The notes below the pieces were generated by a model that was given only the letters and a program-made list of their open reading frames with translations, ran no database searches and was not told the origin of the DNA. The position numbers and the translations under genes were made by a program. A stretch of 64,000 nucleotides of DNA, from positions 480,001 through 544,000 of the forward strand of contig JBGPIA010000002.1 of NCBI GenBank assembly GCA_041484665.1, given 5' to 3'. The stretch comes from Candidatus Krumholzibacteriia bacterium. GTDB taxonomy: Bacteria; Krumholzibacteriota; Krumholzibacteriia; JAJRXK01. The stretch's first letter is position 1. Each line of letters begins with the position of its first letter. Positions 41,574-52,000 of the stretch are shown here, one piece after another.

Positions 41574-44336
41574 CTACTCCAGGACGGCGATCTGATCCTG
41601 GAGCTTCGCGAGGGTCCCTTCCAGGTCCGTCGCGATCTCCTCCTGTTGCTGGACGACCGCGCGGGGCGCCTTCGCGAGGAAGCCGGCATTGGACAGCTTC
41701 GCACGGATTGCGGAGAGCCGCCGCTCCACCCGCTCGCGCTCCTTGAGCAGCCGGTCCCGCTGCCGGGCCAGGTCCACCAGGCCATCCACGGGCAGGTACA
41801 CCTCCACACCCTCCACCACGGCCGCCACCGCGCGGGATGGCCGGCTCCCGGCGGGCCCGATCTCGACCCTCTCCATCTTCGCCAGCAGCTCCACGTGAGC
41901 GCGGATGGCGCCCAGCTCGGCCAAGCGGGCCGGCTCGGCGCGAAGCACCAGCGTGCCTCGGCGTCCCGGCGCAACGCCGAAGTCGCTGCGCAGGCTGCGC
42001 GCCGCCGCGACCAACGCGCGGGCCAGATCGAAGCGAGTGGCCTCGCGCCCCAGCGGCTGCCAGGCCGGTGCGCCGCAGCGGCGCGCCTGCGCGAAGCGCG
42101 GCAGCGGCGCGATCATGCAGAATCCGGCGGTGGCCGGATGCTGCTCCCAGAGCTCCTCGGTGAGGTACGGCAGAAACGGATGGAGCAGACGCAGCAGTAC
42201 CCCGTGGGCCAACAGCGCGGTCAACAGCGCGGTGTTGCGCGCCGCCGCGTCCGCGCCGGACAGTCGCGGCTTGATCGTCTCCAGATACCAGTCACAGTAG
42301 TCGTGCCAGAAGCAGTCGTAGAGCACGAGCGCCGCGTCGTTCAGACGCCGCGTGGCCACCGCCTCCTCCAGGCGCGACGCCGCGGCGGCCACTCGGACCA
42401 GGATCCAGCGGTCCTCCAGCGCCAGCGGAGCCCGCTCACCCGTGGGCGGCAGAGCGCCGAAGGCGCGGCGGTAGAGCTCGGTCCACGCGGCGGCCTCGTC
42501 GTCGTCGGGGAGGCCCTCGGAGAGCTCCGGCTCCATGAGCTGTGGCTGCGCCGCGGGGAACGCCAGCCCACACTCCGCCAGCGCCGAGAACAAGAGCCGG
42601 CTCGCGTTCCAGATCTTGTTGCAGAAGTTGCGCCCGGTCTCGACGCTCTCCGCGCCGAAGTTCATGTCCTGCCCCGCGGGCGCCTGCATCAGCAGCGTGA
42701 AGCGCAGCGCGTCGGCGCCGGATTGATCCATGAGGTCGATGGGGTCGGGGCTGTTGCCCAGCGACTTGCTCATCTTGCGCCCCTGGGGATCGCGCACGAT
42801 CCCCGTGAACAGGATCTCACGGAAGGGTGGCTCGCCGAGGAACTCGTAGCTGGCCATCATCATGCGCGCAACCCAGAAGAAGATGATCTCATGCCCGGTC
42901 ACCAACACCGAGGTCGGGTGGTAGCGCTGCAGGTCCGCGGTGGCCTGTGGCCAGCCCAGGGGGCTGAACGTCCACAGCCACGAGCTGAACCAGGTGTCGA
43001 GCACGTCCTGGTCCTGCTCCAGGACTAGGCCGCCGCAGGCCGTGCAGCGCACCGGCGCCTGCGTCTGGACGGTGAGCTCGTGGCACGTGGCACAGGTCCA
43101 GACCGGGATGCGATGACCCCACCACAGCTGGCGGCTGATGCACCAGTCCTTGATGTTGCGCATCCAGTTGAAATAGACGCCGACCCAGCGCTCGGGAACG
43201 ATGCGGACCGCGCCCTCCTCCACGGCGCGCAGCGCCGGCTTGGCCAGCTCGTCCATGCGCAGGAACCACTGCCGCGAGATGTAGGGCTCGATGATCGTCC
43301 CCGTGCGGTCGTGGTAGCCCACGTTGTGCACGTGGGGCTCGACCTTGTCCAGCAACCCCTGCGCCTGCAGGTCGGCCACCACCTGCTTGCGCGCGGCGAA
43401 GCGGTCGAGTCCGCGGTAGGGCTGCGGCACGCTGTCGTTCAGGGTGCCGTCGGGGTTGAGGATGTTCACGAAGGGCAGGCCGTGCCGCTTGCCGATCTCG
43501 TAGTCGTTGGGATCGTGGGCTGGCGTCACCTTGACGCAGCCGCTGCCGAACTCGGGGTCGACGTGCTCGTCGAGCACGATGGGCAACCGGCGGCCCACCA
43601 GCGGCAGGATCGCGGCCCGACCGCGCAGCGGCGCCGTCCGGGCGTGCGCGGGGTGGATGGCGATGGCGGTGTCCCCGAGCATCGTCTCGGGCCGGGTCGT
43701 GGCCACGACCAGGTGGCCGCCGCCCTCCAGCGGATACCGGATGTGCCAGAGGCTGCCCTGGACCTCTCGGTGCTCCACCTCTTCGTCGCTCACCGCGCTC
43801 TGCTGCGCCACCGACCAGTTGACCATGTAGTCGCCGCGGTAGATCAACCCCTTGCGGTAGAGGCGGACGAAGGCCTCGGCCACGGCGCGGCTGCGCGGCT
43901 CGTCGAGGGTGAACGCCTCGCGCGTCCAGTCGAGGCTGCAACCGAAGCGTTTGAGCTGCTCGACGATCCGGTCGTGGTGCCGGTTGTTCCAGTCCCAGGC
44001 GCGCGCCAGGAACCCCTCCCGGCCGAGCTGCTGCTTGGTCGTTCCCTCCTCCGCCAGGACCTGCACGACCCTCTGCTCGGTGGCGATGCTCGCGTGATCG
44101 GTCCCGGGGAGCCACAGCGTCGGCCGGCCGCTCATGCGCCCGTAGCGGATCAGGCAGTCCTGGACGCTGTTCCCCAGACAGTGGCCGATGTGCAGCGTCC
44201 CGGTGACATTGGGCGGTGGCAGCACGATGACGAAGGGCTCGCCGTCCCGGCCCGCCTCCGGACGGAACAGGCCAGCCTCCTCCCAGCGGCGGTACCACTT
44301 CTGCTCCAGGCCGCCCGGGTTGTACTGCTTGTCCAT
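41574..44336 (-). CDS. valS: Valine--tRNA ligase
   Basis: PPPNVTGTLHIGH, WCISRQLWWGH, KMSKS, C-terminal coiled coil. Alternative ATG at 44345. Confidence 0.97.
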   Translation of the reverse strand: MDKQYNPGGLEQKWYRRWEEAGLFRPEAGRDGEPFVIVLPPPNVTGTLHIGHCLGNSVQDCLIRYGRMSGRPTLWLPGTDHASIATEQRVVQVLAEEGTTKQQLGREGFLARAWDWNNRHHDRIVEQLKRFGCSLDWTREAFTLDEPRSRAVAEAFVRLYRKGLIYRGDYMVNWSVAQQSAVSDEEVEHREVQGSLWHIRYPLEGGGHLVVATTRPETMLGDTAIAIHPAHARTAPLRGRAAILPLVGRRLPIVLDEHVDPEFGSGCVKVTPAHDPNDYEIGKRHGLPFVNILNPDGTLNDSVPQPYRGLDRFAARKQVVADLQAQGLLDKVEPHVHNVGYHDRTGTIIEPYISRQWFLRMDELAKPALRAVEEGAVRIVPERWVGVYFNWMRNIKDWCISRQLWWGHRIPVWTCATCHELTVQTQAPVRCTACGGLVLEQDQDVLDTWFSSWLWTFSPLGWPQATADLQRYHPTSVLVTGHEIIFFWVARMMMASYEFLGEPPFREILFTGIVRDPQGRKMSKSLGNSPDPIDLMDQSGADALRFTLLMQAPAGQDMNFGAESVETGRNFCNKIWNASRLLFSALAECGLAFPAAQPQLMEPELSEGLPDDDEAAAWTELYRRAFGALPPTGERAPLALEDRWILVRVAAAASRLEEAVATRRLNDAALVLYDCFWHDYCDWYLETIKPRLSGADAAARNTALLTALLAHGVLLRLLHPFLPYLTEELWEQHPATAGFCMIAPLPRFAQARRCGAPAWQPLGREATRFDLARALVAAARSLRSDFGVAPGRRGTLVLRAEPARLAELGAIRAHVELLAKMERVEIGPAGSRPSRAVAAVVEGVEVYLPVDGLVDLARQRDRLLKERERVERRLSAIRAKLSNAGFLAKAPRAVVQQQEEIATDLEGTLAKLQDQIAVLE

Positions 44337-44500
44337 GGCTTGCATGGCGGGCCGGGCGCTCCTTCCGGCCGACGTCGCGGCGGGGTGGCAAACGGGCGGA
44401 GGGCGTACGCTAGCACGCGCGCTCGCGGAGAAGCAACCCAGGCCAAGGCGTGGCACCAGGCGGGGCGTGGCCGCACCGTCATTGCGCGGCCAGCGCGCGC

Positions 44501-45301
44501 CTACTTCTTCACGAGCAGGCGCACGAGCGCAGTCACGGCTTTGGTGCGAAAGCCGGGCAGCTCGTAGCGCGCCTGCGCCGGCGTGCGCCGGCCGGTTGCG
44601 TACGACGCGTCCCCCCTCCAGAGCGGCTGTCCGCGCCGCAGATCGACCAGCTCCCCCCACAGCACGCCCTTCACGACGGTGTAGGGCACCGTCCCGCCGT
44701 CGAGCGGCCAGGGGACCTGATGGATGTCGGGGATAAGGATCTGCGACCCGCGCTCGTCCTGCTCGTCCAGCCAGGTGAGCAGCAGTTGGTCGCAGCCGAG
44801 CCAGGCGCGCAGGTCCTGGTATCGCTGCTGCGCCACCGGCTCGCCCCCAGCGCGCATGCGCTGGACGGCAGCCAGCAGCGACGCCGGAGTGGGATTGGCC
44901 GCCGCCCGGGTTTGCACGTCCTCGGGCAGGACGAGCCGGGCGCCGCCGAGCTCAACCATGGACTCGAGCTGGAGCTGGCGTGACAGCTCCTGGCTGATCG
45001 CGCTTGCGACGGAGCCGGCGTCCGACCGGGGGCCCGGCACGAAGCAGGGCGCGATCACCATCCCCTGCCGGAGCGCCTCGGGCAGGGAGGGAGCACGCTC
45101 GGCAACGCGAGTCTCGATCTCCGCTCCCCCCCCACATCCAGCGAGCGCCGCCGTCCACGCGATCGCGCGCAGCACCCGGGCGAGCGGGGCCACCGCCCGC
45201 TCGATCGCAGGCAACGCCCGGCGGGCCCAGGCGCGCAGCAGCCCATCCGGCCGCCGCGCCCCGGTCTGCGGAGTCGCGTCTTCGCCGCACGCAGGTCGCA
45301 T
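44501..45301 (-). CDS. Hypothetical lipoprotein
   Basis: LAGC lipobox-like segment (AIAWTAALAGCGG); start uncertain; no family recognised. Confidence 0.5.
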   Translation of the reverse strand: MRPACGEDATPQTGARRPDGLLRAWARRALPAIERAVAPLARVLRAIAWTAALAGCGGGAEIETRVAERAPSLPEALRQGMVIAPCFVPGPRSDAGSVASAISQELSRQLQLESMVELGGARLVLPEDVQTRAAANPTPASLLAAVQRMRAGGEPVAQQRYQDLRAWLGCDQLLLTWLDEQDERGSQILIPDIHQVPWPLDGGTVPYTVVKGVLWGELVDLRRGQPLWRGDASYATGRRTPAQARYELPGFRTKAVTALVRLLVKK

Positions 45302-45497
45302 CTCCAGAGGGGCGGCCGCAAGGGCGCTCCCACACCTCCCTGATCCGATTCCCGCGCCGCCGGCCACGGAGCACCGCGGCGCAAAGCAACGCTGTGCCAC
45401 CGCGGCCCCCGTGTCAACGACGGCCCGCAAACCATGGGCCGCGTCGGATTTCCTTGGATTCCCGGCAATTGGCCGCTTCCCTCGCTTGCGCGCGGTT

Positions 45498-45506
45498 TGG
45501 TATACT
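45498..45506 (+). promoter_or_regulatory. Putative extended -10 promoter (TGgTATACT)
   Basis: About 250 nt upstream of ATG 45760. Confidence 0.4.
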
Positions 45507-45759
45507 GCCCGTGGTATCGGAGTCCCCGTCGCGGCACTGCTGGTCCGGACCTGCGCGGTGCTCGTTCTCGCTGATGGGGTGCAGCTCGCCTCGTTGGCGC
45601 GTCACCTCGTCGACAACGGGGGTCAATCCCCCGTCGCGCGCGCATCGTTGCCTTCGGATCGGTCGTGAGCCATGGGGCACCGCGGGCACCCGTCCCACGG
45701 TACGTCCTTCCACCCTCGGCTGCACACCTTGGCTGCACCCAGAAAGGGGGCGTTCGTAG

Positions 45760-48700
45760 ATGAGAACTTGGTTAACGACCATCGCGCTGTTCTCACTCGC
45801 TGTCCTCATGGCCATCTCCCAGGGCAACCCTGCCTCGGCGGCCTTCTCCCGGACGGAGATCGAGCAGATCAACCAGAGCTATCGCGCGCAGGGCTTCGTT
45901 CTCGACTGGGATCTTACTCGGGGCCTGCCGCGCAAGATGGTCAACGCGACCTTCCGCCCGCCGCAATTCACGCGCATCGCGGGCTCCCCCGAGCAGCTCG
46001 CCGATGCGTTCCTGATCAGCCATGCGGCGACCCTGTTCGGCCGCACCGATGTGGCGGTCGGCGGCGCCCAGGTGACCAGCGGCAATCAGATGGAGCTGCG
46101 CACCATGCGCGTCGTGGAGAGCCTCTCGGGCTTCCAGGTGTGGAAGCTGCAGTACGTGGACGGGCTGCCGGTCGATGACGCCTGGGTCCAGACGAACCTG
46201 GACAAGCAGGGCCGGATCCTGTCCGTGTTGAGCAAGTTCCAGCCGACGATCAACATCCCCGACCCCGCGCCTGCGCTCTCCGGCAGCCTTGCCATCGACG
46301 CCGCGCGCGCCTCCATCGACCGACCCGGCGCCGAGCGCGTCGCGCCCACGGCCGAGCTGGTCATCTGGGCCGACGGAGCCTCGGGGGTCCTGGCGTACAA
46401 GACGATGATCCCCCTGTGGTCCCCGTACGGGGACTGGGAGAGCATCGTCTCGGCCCAGACGGGCCAGGTGATCTTCACGCAGGATCGGATGATCTACCGC
46501 AAGGGACCCAACCACGAGCGCATCGACATCGCGCCGCCGCCCACTCAGGCGCACGTCGAGGGCCAGGCGCCCGCGCCGCGAGCTGGCGTCACGGTCACCG
46601 GCAGCGGCATGGTGATGCCGGCCAACCCGCTGAACGGCCACCCGGAGCGTTACGCGCTGCGCGACGGCGACAACGTGGACCCCTTTCGCGAGACCAAGAG
46701 CCTGTTCCGGCTCGACGGGTCGGGGTTCCTGAAGGGCTCCTACTGCTGGGCTGACAACACGGACGTTCCCCCGGGAGCCAACGAGCCCAGCGAGATATTC
46801 AACTACTCGGTGCTCACCCTGAACGGGCACTTCGAGGAAGTGAACATCTACTGGCACATCGACGCCTTCCAGGACTACATCCAGACCTCGCTGGGCATCC
46901 CCAACGCCAACAACCGGCAGACCAAGGCGCATGCCCACCAAGGAGAGGATGACAACAGCTCGTACAGCCCAGCAACGAAGGAGATCCGCTACGGAGACGG
47001 CGGGGTGGACGACTCCGAGGACGGCGAGGTCGTTCTCCACGAGTACGGCCACGCCATCCACGACAACATCGTTCCGGGCTTCGGCGGCGGTGAGACGGGA
47101 GCGATCTCCGAGGGCTTCGGCGATTACTGCGCCGGCACCTTTGGCGACAACGCTCTCATTGCCGAGTGGGACGCCACGAGCTACAACCCCGGTCCTCCCC
47201 CCAACCTGCGCCGGATCGACGGAACCAAGCACTACCCGGAGGATCTCGATGGCGAGGTCCACGACGACGGTGAGATCATCAGCGCCGCCTGGTGGCAGCT
47301 CCACAACATGGTAGGCAAGCAGGTCGCCGACCAGCTCATCATCGAGAGCTTCTTCCTCACCGGCACCAGCTCGACCATGCCCGATTTCGCCGACGCGACG
47401 GTCCAGGTGGACATGGCGCTGTTCGGCGGAGCCCACCTGGGCGCGATCTACTCCAGCTACGGCAGCCGCGGCATCGGGCCGGCCTACCTGCTGGAGATCA
47501 CCCACGCGCCGCTGGGGGACACCGAGAACCGGACCGGCCCCTACGCGGTAAACGTGACGATCGCCCACACCTCGCCCATCACGGGCGCCAACGCGGTGCA
47601 AATGCACTGGAAGCTCGCCAGCGACCCGTCGTTCACCGACGTGACGATGTCAGCGTCGGGCCCGGATGCCTGGACGGCCGACATCCCCGGCCCGGGTGTC
47701 GATGCGACGATCCAGTACTACCTTAACGCGACCGATGACCAGTCGGTCGGCGCCTCGCTGCCGGCCACCGCGCCTGGAACCGTGTTCAGCTTCAACGTCG
47801 GCACCGACCTGGTGCCGCCGACGATCGCGCACACGCCGCTCAACAACCAGCCGACGATCCGGTGGCCCTCCACCGTGCGCGCGGCGGTCACGGACAACCT
47901 CGGCGTGGCGGCGGTGAGCGTCAGCTGGAGCCTCAACAGCGTGTTGCAGGCCGGATTCGCGCTGGTGCACACCAGCGGAAACAACTGGGAGGCCCACTTC
48001 CCGGCTGTCTCGGTGGTCGCCGGCGACGCGATCGACTACACGATCACGGCCGTCGACGGCTCCTCGGCCGCCAACTACGCCTACCATGGACCGCACAGCT
48101 TCCAGATCATCAACGCGCTGGGCGTGGTGCTGATCCTCGACGACGACCACTCGGCCAAGGCGGGCGGCGAGAAGCTCATGCCCGACAAGACGACGGTCGT
48201 CCAGACGCAGGACCGGGCCGAGAACGAGAAGGGTCTGGGCGCGGGCGCGATGGCCGCCGTCCTGACCAACGCCGGCTACGTCGTCACGGTCGAGGAGTCC
48301 AACGGCAGCGACCCGTCAACCTGGAGCAGCTACGACGTCGTCATCAGCAGCTCCGGGCGCGACAATTCTCCGCTGGCCAATGCCGCCTACCGGACGGCGC
48401 TGGTCAACTACGTCCAGGCGGGCCACAAGCTGTTCGTGGAGGGTGGCGAGGTCGGATTCGACTCGACCTTCTCGCCATTCTATCCCGAGATCGCAGACAA
48501 CGTGATCCACGCCTTCGATTGGGACACCGACAACGCAGGGCCGCTGGTGGGCAGCCCGGGGCAGGCGGGACATCCGATCCGCAACATCCCCAACCCGCTG
48601 TCGGCGTCGATCCCGGTCACGTATGCCGCCAACTTCGGCGACGAGGACGCGACCGTGCCCAATCCCGAGGCCTACCTCGTGTACGGTACGACGAGCTTCC

Positions 48701-50088
48701 CCGCGGATGCCGGCGTGCTGGTGTACGACAACAACAACGCTCCGGGCAGCGCGCAGATCGTGTACCTGGCGGCGGCGTACGTGCAGATCACCGACCCATC
48801 GCTGGCCGGAAAGCTGCTGGAGAACATCGTCGCCTACCTGCTGGCCGACGAGGGCTCGGCCGCGAGCTCCATCAGCGGGCAGGTGGTGCTGCAGAACTCC
48901 GTGGACTTCTCCGGCAGCGTCGTGACGGCGCACCCCGGCGGCGCAACCGCCACGACGGGCGCCAACGGCCAGTACGCGCTGAACGGACTGTTCCCCGGGA
49001 CCTACACCCTGGAGGTCCAGGGCCCTGCGGGCTGGGAGTCCACCAGCCGCACGCTGACCATCGGCACCGGGGCCACGACCGACGTCAACTTCGAGCTGCG
49101 CCCGGTGACGCAGGTCACGATCTGCAACTCGACCCCGATCAACATTCCCGACAACAACCCCACGGGGATCGTCAGCACGTTGCTGGTGGGCACCGGCGGC
49201 GGGATCTCCGACGTACACTGCGCGGTGAACATCACGCACACTTGGAAGGGTGACCTGACCATCGACCTGGTGAGCCCCAACGGCACGAGCGTCCGGCTGC
49301 ACAACCGCACGGGCGGCAGCACCGACAACGTCATCACCAGCTACGACGATCTCACGCTTCCGGATGGGCCCGGCGTGATGAACGACTTCAACGGCGGCGA
49401 GGCCTCGGGCACGTGGCAGTTGAAGGTCGCCGACCGCGCTGGCCAGGATGTGGGCACGCTGAATAACTGGTGCGTCACGCTGCTCGTCACCCAGCAGGGC
49501 TCGGTGCCCACGCTGGCCGGCGCGCTGCGCGCCCAGGTCGCCGATGGCGGCGTCCGGGTCTCGTGGACCACCTACAGCAGCGAGGGCGTGACGGGCTTCA
49601 ACGTCCTGCGGCAGGTCGGTGCCTCGAGCTTCACCACGGTGAACTCCGAGATGTTGCACCCCAAGCAGGGTGAGATGAGCTTCGTCGACGCAGTGGACGG
49701 GATCGCGATGGGTACCAGCCTGACCTACCGCCTCGAGGCGGTGCTGGTCGGCGGCAGCAAGGAGATCGTGGGCGAGGACGTGCGCGTGCAATACGCGCCG
49801 CAGCTGCCGGCGGTCTTCGCGTTGCACCAGAACGAGCCCAACCCGTTCAATCCCAAGACCACCATCCGCTTCGCGTTGCCGGCGACGGGCTACACGACGC
49901 TGCGGGTCTACGATTCGGCCGGTCGCCTGGTGACCACCCTGGTCAGCCAGGTGATGGGCGCGGGCGTGCACCCCGTCGTGTGGGGCGGCACCGACGACCG
50001 TGGCCAGACGGTGGCCAGCGGAACCTACTTCTATCAGGTGCGCAGCGGTCGCTACATCGACACCAAGCGCATGGAGCTGATCAAGTAG
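45760..50088 (+). CDS. Secreted M36/M4-type zinc metallopeptidase with propeptide, Ig-like domains, proprotein-convertase P domain and FlgD-Ig sorting domain
   Basis: Signal peptide; HEYGH...ISEGFGD, EVHDDG; ITHTWKGDL.I.L.SP (P domain); QNEPNPFNP...ASGTYFY. Confidence 0.9.
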   Translation: MRTWLTTIALFSLAVLMAISQGNPASAAFSRTEIEQINQSYRAQGFVLDWDLTRGLPRKMVNATFRPPQFTRIAGSPEQLADAFLISHAATLFGRTDVAVGGAQVTSGNQMELRTMRVVESLSGFQVWKLQYVDGLPVDDAWVQTNLDKQGRILSVLSKFQPTINIPDPAPALSGSLAIDAARASIDRPGAERVAPTAELVIWADGASGVLAYKTMIPLWSPYGDWESIVSAQTGQVIFTQDRMIYRKGPNHERIDIAPPPTQAHVEGQAPAPRAGVTVTGSGMVMPANPLNGHPERYALRDGDNVDPFRETKSLFRLDGSGFLKGSYCWADNTDVPPGANEPSEIFNYSVLTLNGHFEEVNIYWHIDAFQDYIQTSLGIPNANNRQTKAHAHQGEDDNSSYSPATKEIRYGDGGVDDSEDGEVVLHEYGHAIHDNIVPGFGGGETGAISEGFGDYCAGTFGDNALIAEWDATSYNPGPPPNLRRIDGTKHYPEDLDGEVHDDGEIISAAWWQLHNMVGKQVADQLIIESFFLTGTSSTMPDFADATVQVDMALFGGAHLGAIYSSYGSRGIGPAYLLEITHAPLGDTENRTGPYAVNVTIAHTSPITGANAVQMHWKLASDPSFTDVTMSASGPDAWTADIPGPGVDATIQYYLNATDDQSVGASLPATAPGTVFSFNVGTDLVPPTIAHTPLNNQPTIRWPSTVRAAVTDNLGVAAVSVSWSLNSVLQAGFALVHTSGNNWEAHFPAVSVVAGDAIDYTITAVDGSSAANYAYHGPHSFQIINALGVVLILDDDHSAKAGGEKLMPDKTTVVQTQDRAENEKGLGAGAMAAVLTNAGYVVTVEESNGSDPSTWSSYDVVISSSGRDNSPLANAAYRTALVNYVQAGHKLFVEGGEVGFDSTFSPFYPEIADNVIHAFDWDTDNAGPLVGSPGQAGHPIRNIPNPLSASIPVTYAANFGDEDATVPNPEAYLVYGTTSFPADAGVLVYDNNNAPGSAQIVYLAAAYVQITDPSLAGKLLENIVAYLLADEGSAASSISGQVVLQNSVDFSGSVVTAHPGGATATTGANGQYALNGLFPGTYTLEVQGPAGWESTSRTLTIGTGATTDVNFELRPVTQVTICNSTPINIPDNNPTGIVSTLLVGTGGGISDVHCAVNITHTWKGDLTIDLVSPNGTSVRLHNRTGGSTDNVITSYDDLTLPDGPGVMNDFNGGEASGTWQLKVADRAGQDVGTLNNWCVTLLVTQQGSVPTLAGALRAQVADGGVRVSWTTYSSEGVTGFNVLRQVGASSFTTVNSEMLHPKQGEMSFVDAVDGIAMGTSLTYRLEAVLVGGSKEIVGEDVRVQYAPQLPAVFALHQNEPNPFNPKTTIRFALPATGYTTLRVYDSAGRLVTTLVSQVMGAGVHPVVWGGTDDRGQTVASGTYFYQVRSGRYIDTKRMELIK

Positions 50089-50101
50089 ACAAGGCGATCC
50101 G

Positions 50102-50126
50102 GGTGCTCCCGCCCCGCGGGAGCACC
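50102..50126 (+). terminator. Perfect 11-bp hairpin after the metallopeptidase gene (no U-tract)
   Basis: ggtgctcccgc-ccc-gcgggagcacc. Confidence 0.45.
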
Positions 50127-50276
50127 TGGCCTTGCGGGCCGGGGGGCGGATGCTCCCCGGCCTTGCTTTCAACTTGAGGATGGCCTGCCATTGGCGCCTG
50201 TCGTTACAATGGGAGCGAGCGGCGCCGATCTGGCGCCGCGCCAGGCGTCCTTCAGCCTGCCAGGAGTCCGGCTGCG

Positions 50277-51941
50277 ATGAAGCGTCTGTTCGCACTCGCC
50301 GTTCTGCTCCTCCCCTGCGCGTCGGCGGCAACCGGCACGGCGGCCGCGCCGCGGACGATCTACTGGACGTCGGCTCCCGTGCCGCGCGGGCTCGACCGCG
50401 TGACCGTGCGCAGCCTGTCCGTTGGCAACTTGCTGGTCCCGCAGGAGGGGCGCGAGGCGATCGCGAGTCCGGGCGTGGAGGCTGTCGAGGTGCCCGCGGG
50501 CGCAGAGGCGTTCGTGGTACAGCTGCCACACGGCGCGGATGACCTGCCGGTGCTCTCGGCCGCGGCCACGGTGCTACGCGTGGAAGGCACGTATGCGCTG
50601 ATCGCGGCGGACGCCCAGCAGGCGGCCAACCCACTGCTGGAGGCGTACCACAAGGAGCGCCTGATCTACCTCCCGCCCGTGCGGCCGGCCAGGACCCCTT
50701 CCAGTTGGCGCAAGGGCGGCGGCGCAACCGCCTCCCCCACCGCGGTCGATCCGCAGCTGAAGCAGAACATCGTCAACTCGGTCAACGTGGCGAAGTTCTC
50801 CCAATACGTGCGCGAGCTCTCGGGCGATCTGGTCTTCTGGCTCAACGGCCAGCTCAAGTCGACCAACAACCGCAACACCTACCGGCCGGGAAACCTCGTC
50901 GCCGCCGACTATCTCCAGGACCGCCTGCAGGCCATGGGTTACCCGGTCATCCGGCAGCCGTTCGTGGTGGGCGGCAGCCCGACGCAGAACATCATCGCAG
51001 TCAAGACGGGCGTCGTGTACCCCGACGAGATCATCGTGCTCGGCGGCCACTACGATTCGATCAGTGGCAACACCGCGCTGCGCGCCCCCGGCGCTGAGGA
51101 CAACGGCACGGGCACCGCCGCCGTGATGCACCTGGCGGAGATCTTCGCCCCCTACCGGACCGAGCGCACCATCCACTTCGTCTGCTTCAGCGGCGAGGAG
51201 CAGGGTCTGTGGGGCAGCGAATACTACGTAACGCAACTGGCCGCCAACGGGTGGAACGTCACCAACTCGATGATCATGGACATGATCAGCGCGTGGCAGA
51301 GCAACTTCGCAGTGATCATCGAGGGCGAGCACGCCTGGGAGCCGCTGATGAGCCTCTTCCAGGGCAACCTCACCCAATGGTCCGGAATCGGCTACCGCAA
51401 GGACTACGCGAGCTGGGGCAGCGACCACGTGCCGTTCCAGCAGGCAGGCATCCCTTGCTTCTTGGCGATCGACATGGACTACGGGAGCTACCCCTGGTAC
51501 CACGACATCGACGACAAGTGGAGTTCGCAATGTGTCGAGCAGGGGCGCGCGTGCATCGATCCGTCGCTGGGGCTGGCAATCATGAAGGGCATGATCGCGT
51601 CGCTGGCGGATCTGGCCGTGCCGATCGACCGGTCGACGCCGGCCCCGCCTGTGCCCCCGGCCGCCCGCCTCGCCCTCGAGCAAAACGTCCCCAACCCGTT
51701 CAACCCGAGCACGGTGATTGCGTTCGAGCTGGCCGCGCCGGGTGGCGTGCGCCTGGACGTCTACGACGCGGCGGGGCGCCTGGTCCGCCGCCTGGTGGAC
51801 GAGCAGCGGCCGTCCGGAGCGGGCCGCGTGCGGTGGAACGGCCAGGACGATGTCGGGCGCGCGGTCGCCTCCGGTCTGTACCACTATCGGCTGATCACTG
51901 CTGACGGCGTGCTGAGCCGCAGGATGGTCCTCGCGCGCTAA
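50277..51941 (+). CDS. Secreted M28 aminopeptidase with FlgD-Ig sorting domain
   Basis: GGHYDS, PGAEDNGTG, SGEEQGLWGS, MDMI, SDHVPF; QNVPNPFNP. Confidence 0.9.
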   Translation: MKRLFALAVLLLPCASAATGTAAAPRTIYWTSAPVPRGLDRVTVRSLSVGNLLVPQEGREAIASPGVEAVEVPAGAEAFVVQLPHGADDLPVLSAAATVLRVEGTYALIAADAQQAANPLLEAYHKERLIYLPPVRPARTPSSWRKGGGATASPTAVDPQLKQNIVNSVNVAKFSQYVRELSGDLVFWLNGQLKSTNNRNTYRPGNLVAADYLQDRLQAMGYPVIRQPFVVGGSPTQNIIAVKTGVVYPDEIIVLGGHYDSISGNTALRAPGAEDNGTGTAAVMHLAEIFAPYRTERTIHFVCFSGEEQGLWGSEYYVTQLAANGWNVTNSMIMDMISAWQSNFAVIIEGEHAWEPLMSLFQGNLTQWSGIGYRKDYASWGSDHVPFQQAGIPCFLAIDMDYGSYPWYHDIDDKWSSQCVEQGRACIDPSLGLAIMKGMIASLADLAVPIDRSTPAPPVPPAARLALEQNVPNPFNPSTVIAFELAAPGGVRLDVYDAAGRLVRRLVDEQRPSGAGRVRWNGQDDVGRAVASGLYHYRLITADGVLSRRMVLAR

Positions 51942-52000
51942 GCGGAGAGTCCGCCACGCACGGCCCGGGCGCGCGGCCGCGGCGCGGGCCGCACACCACC

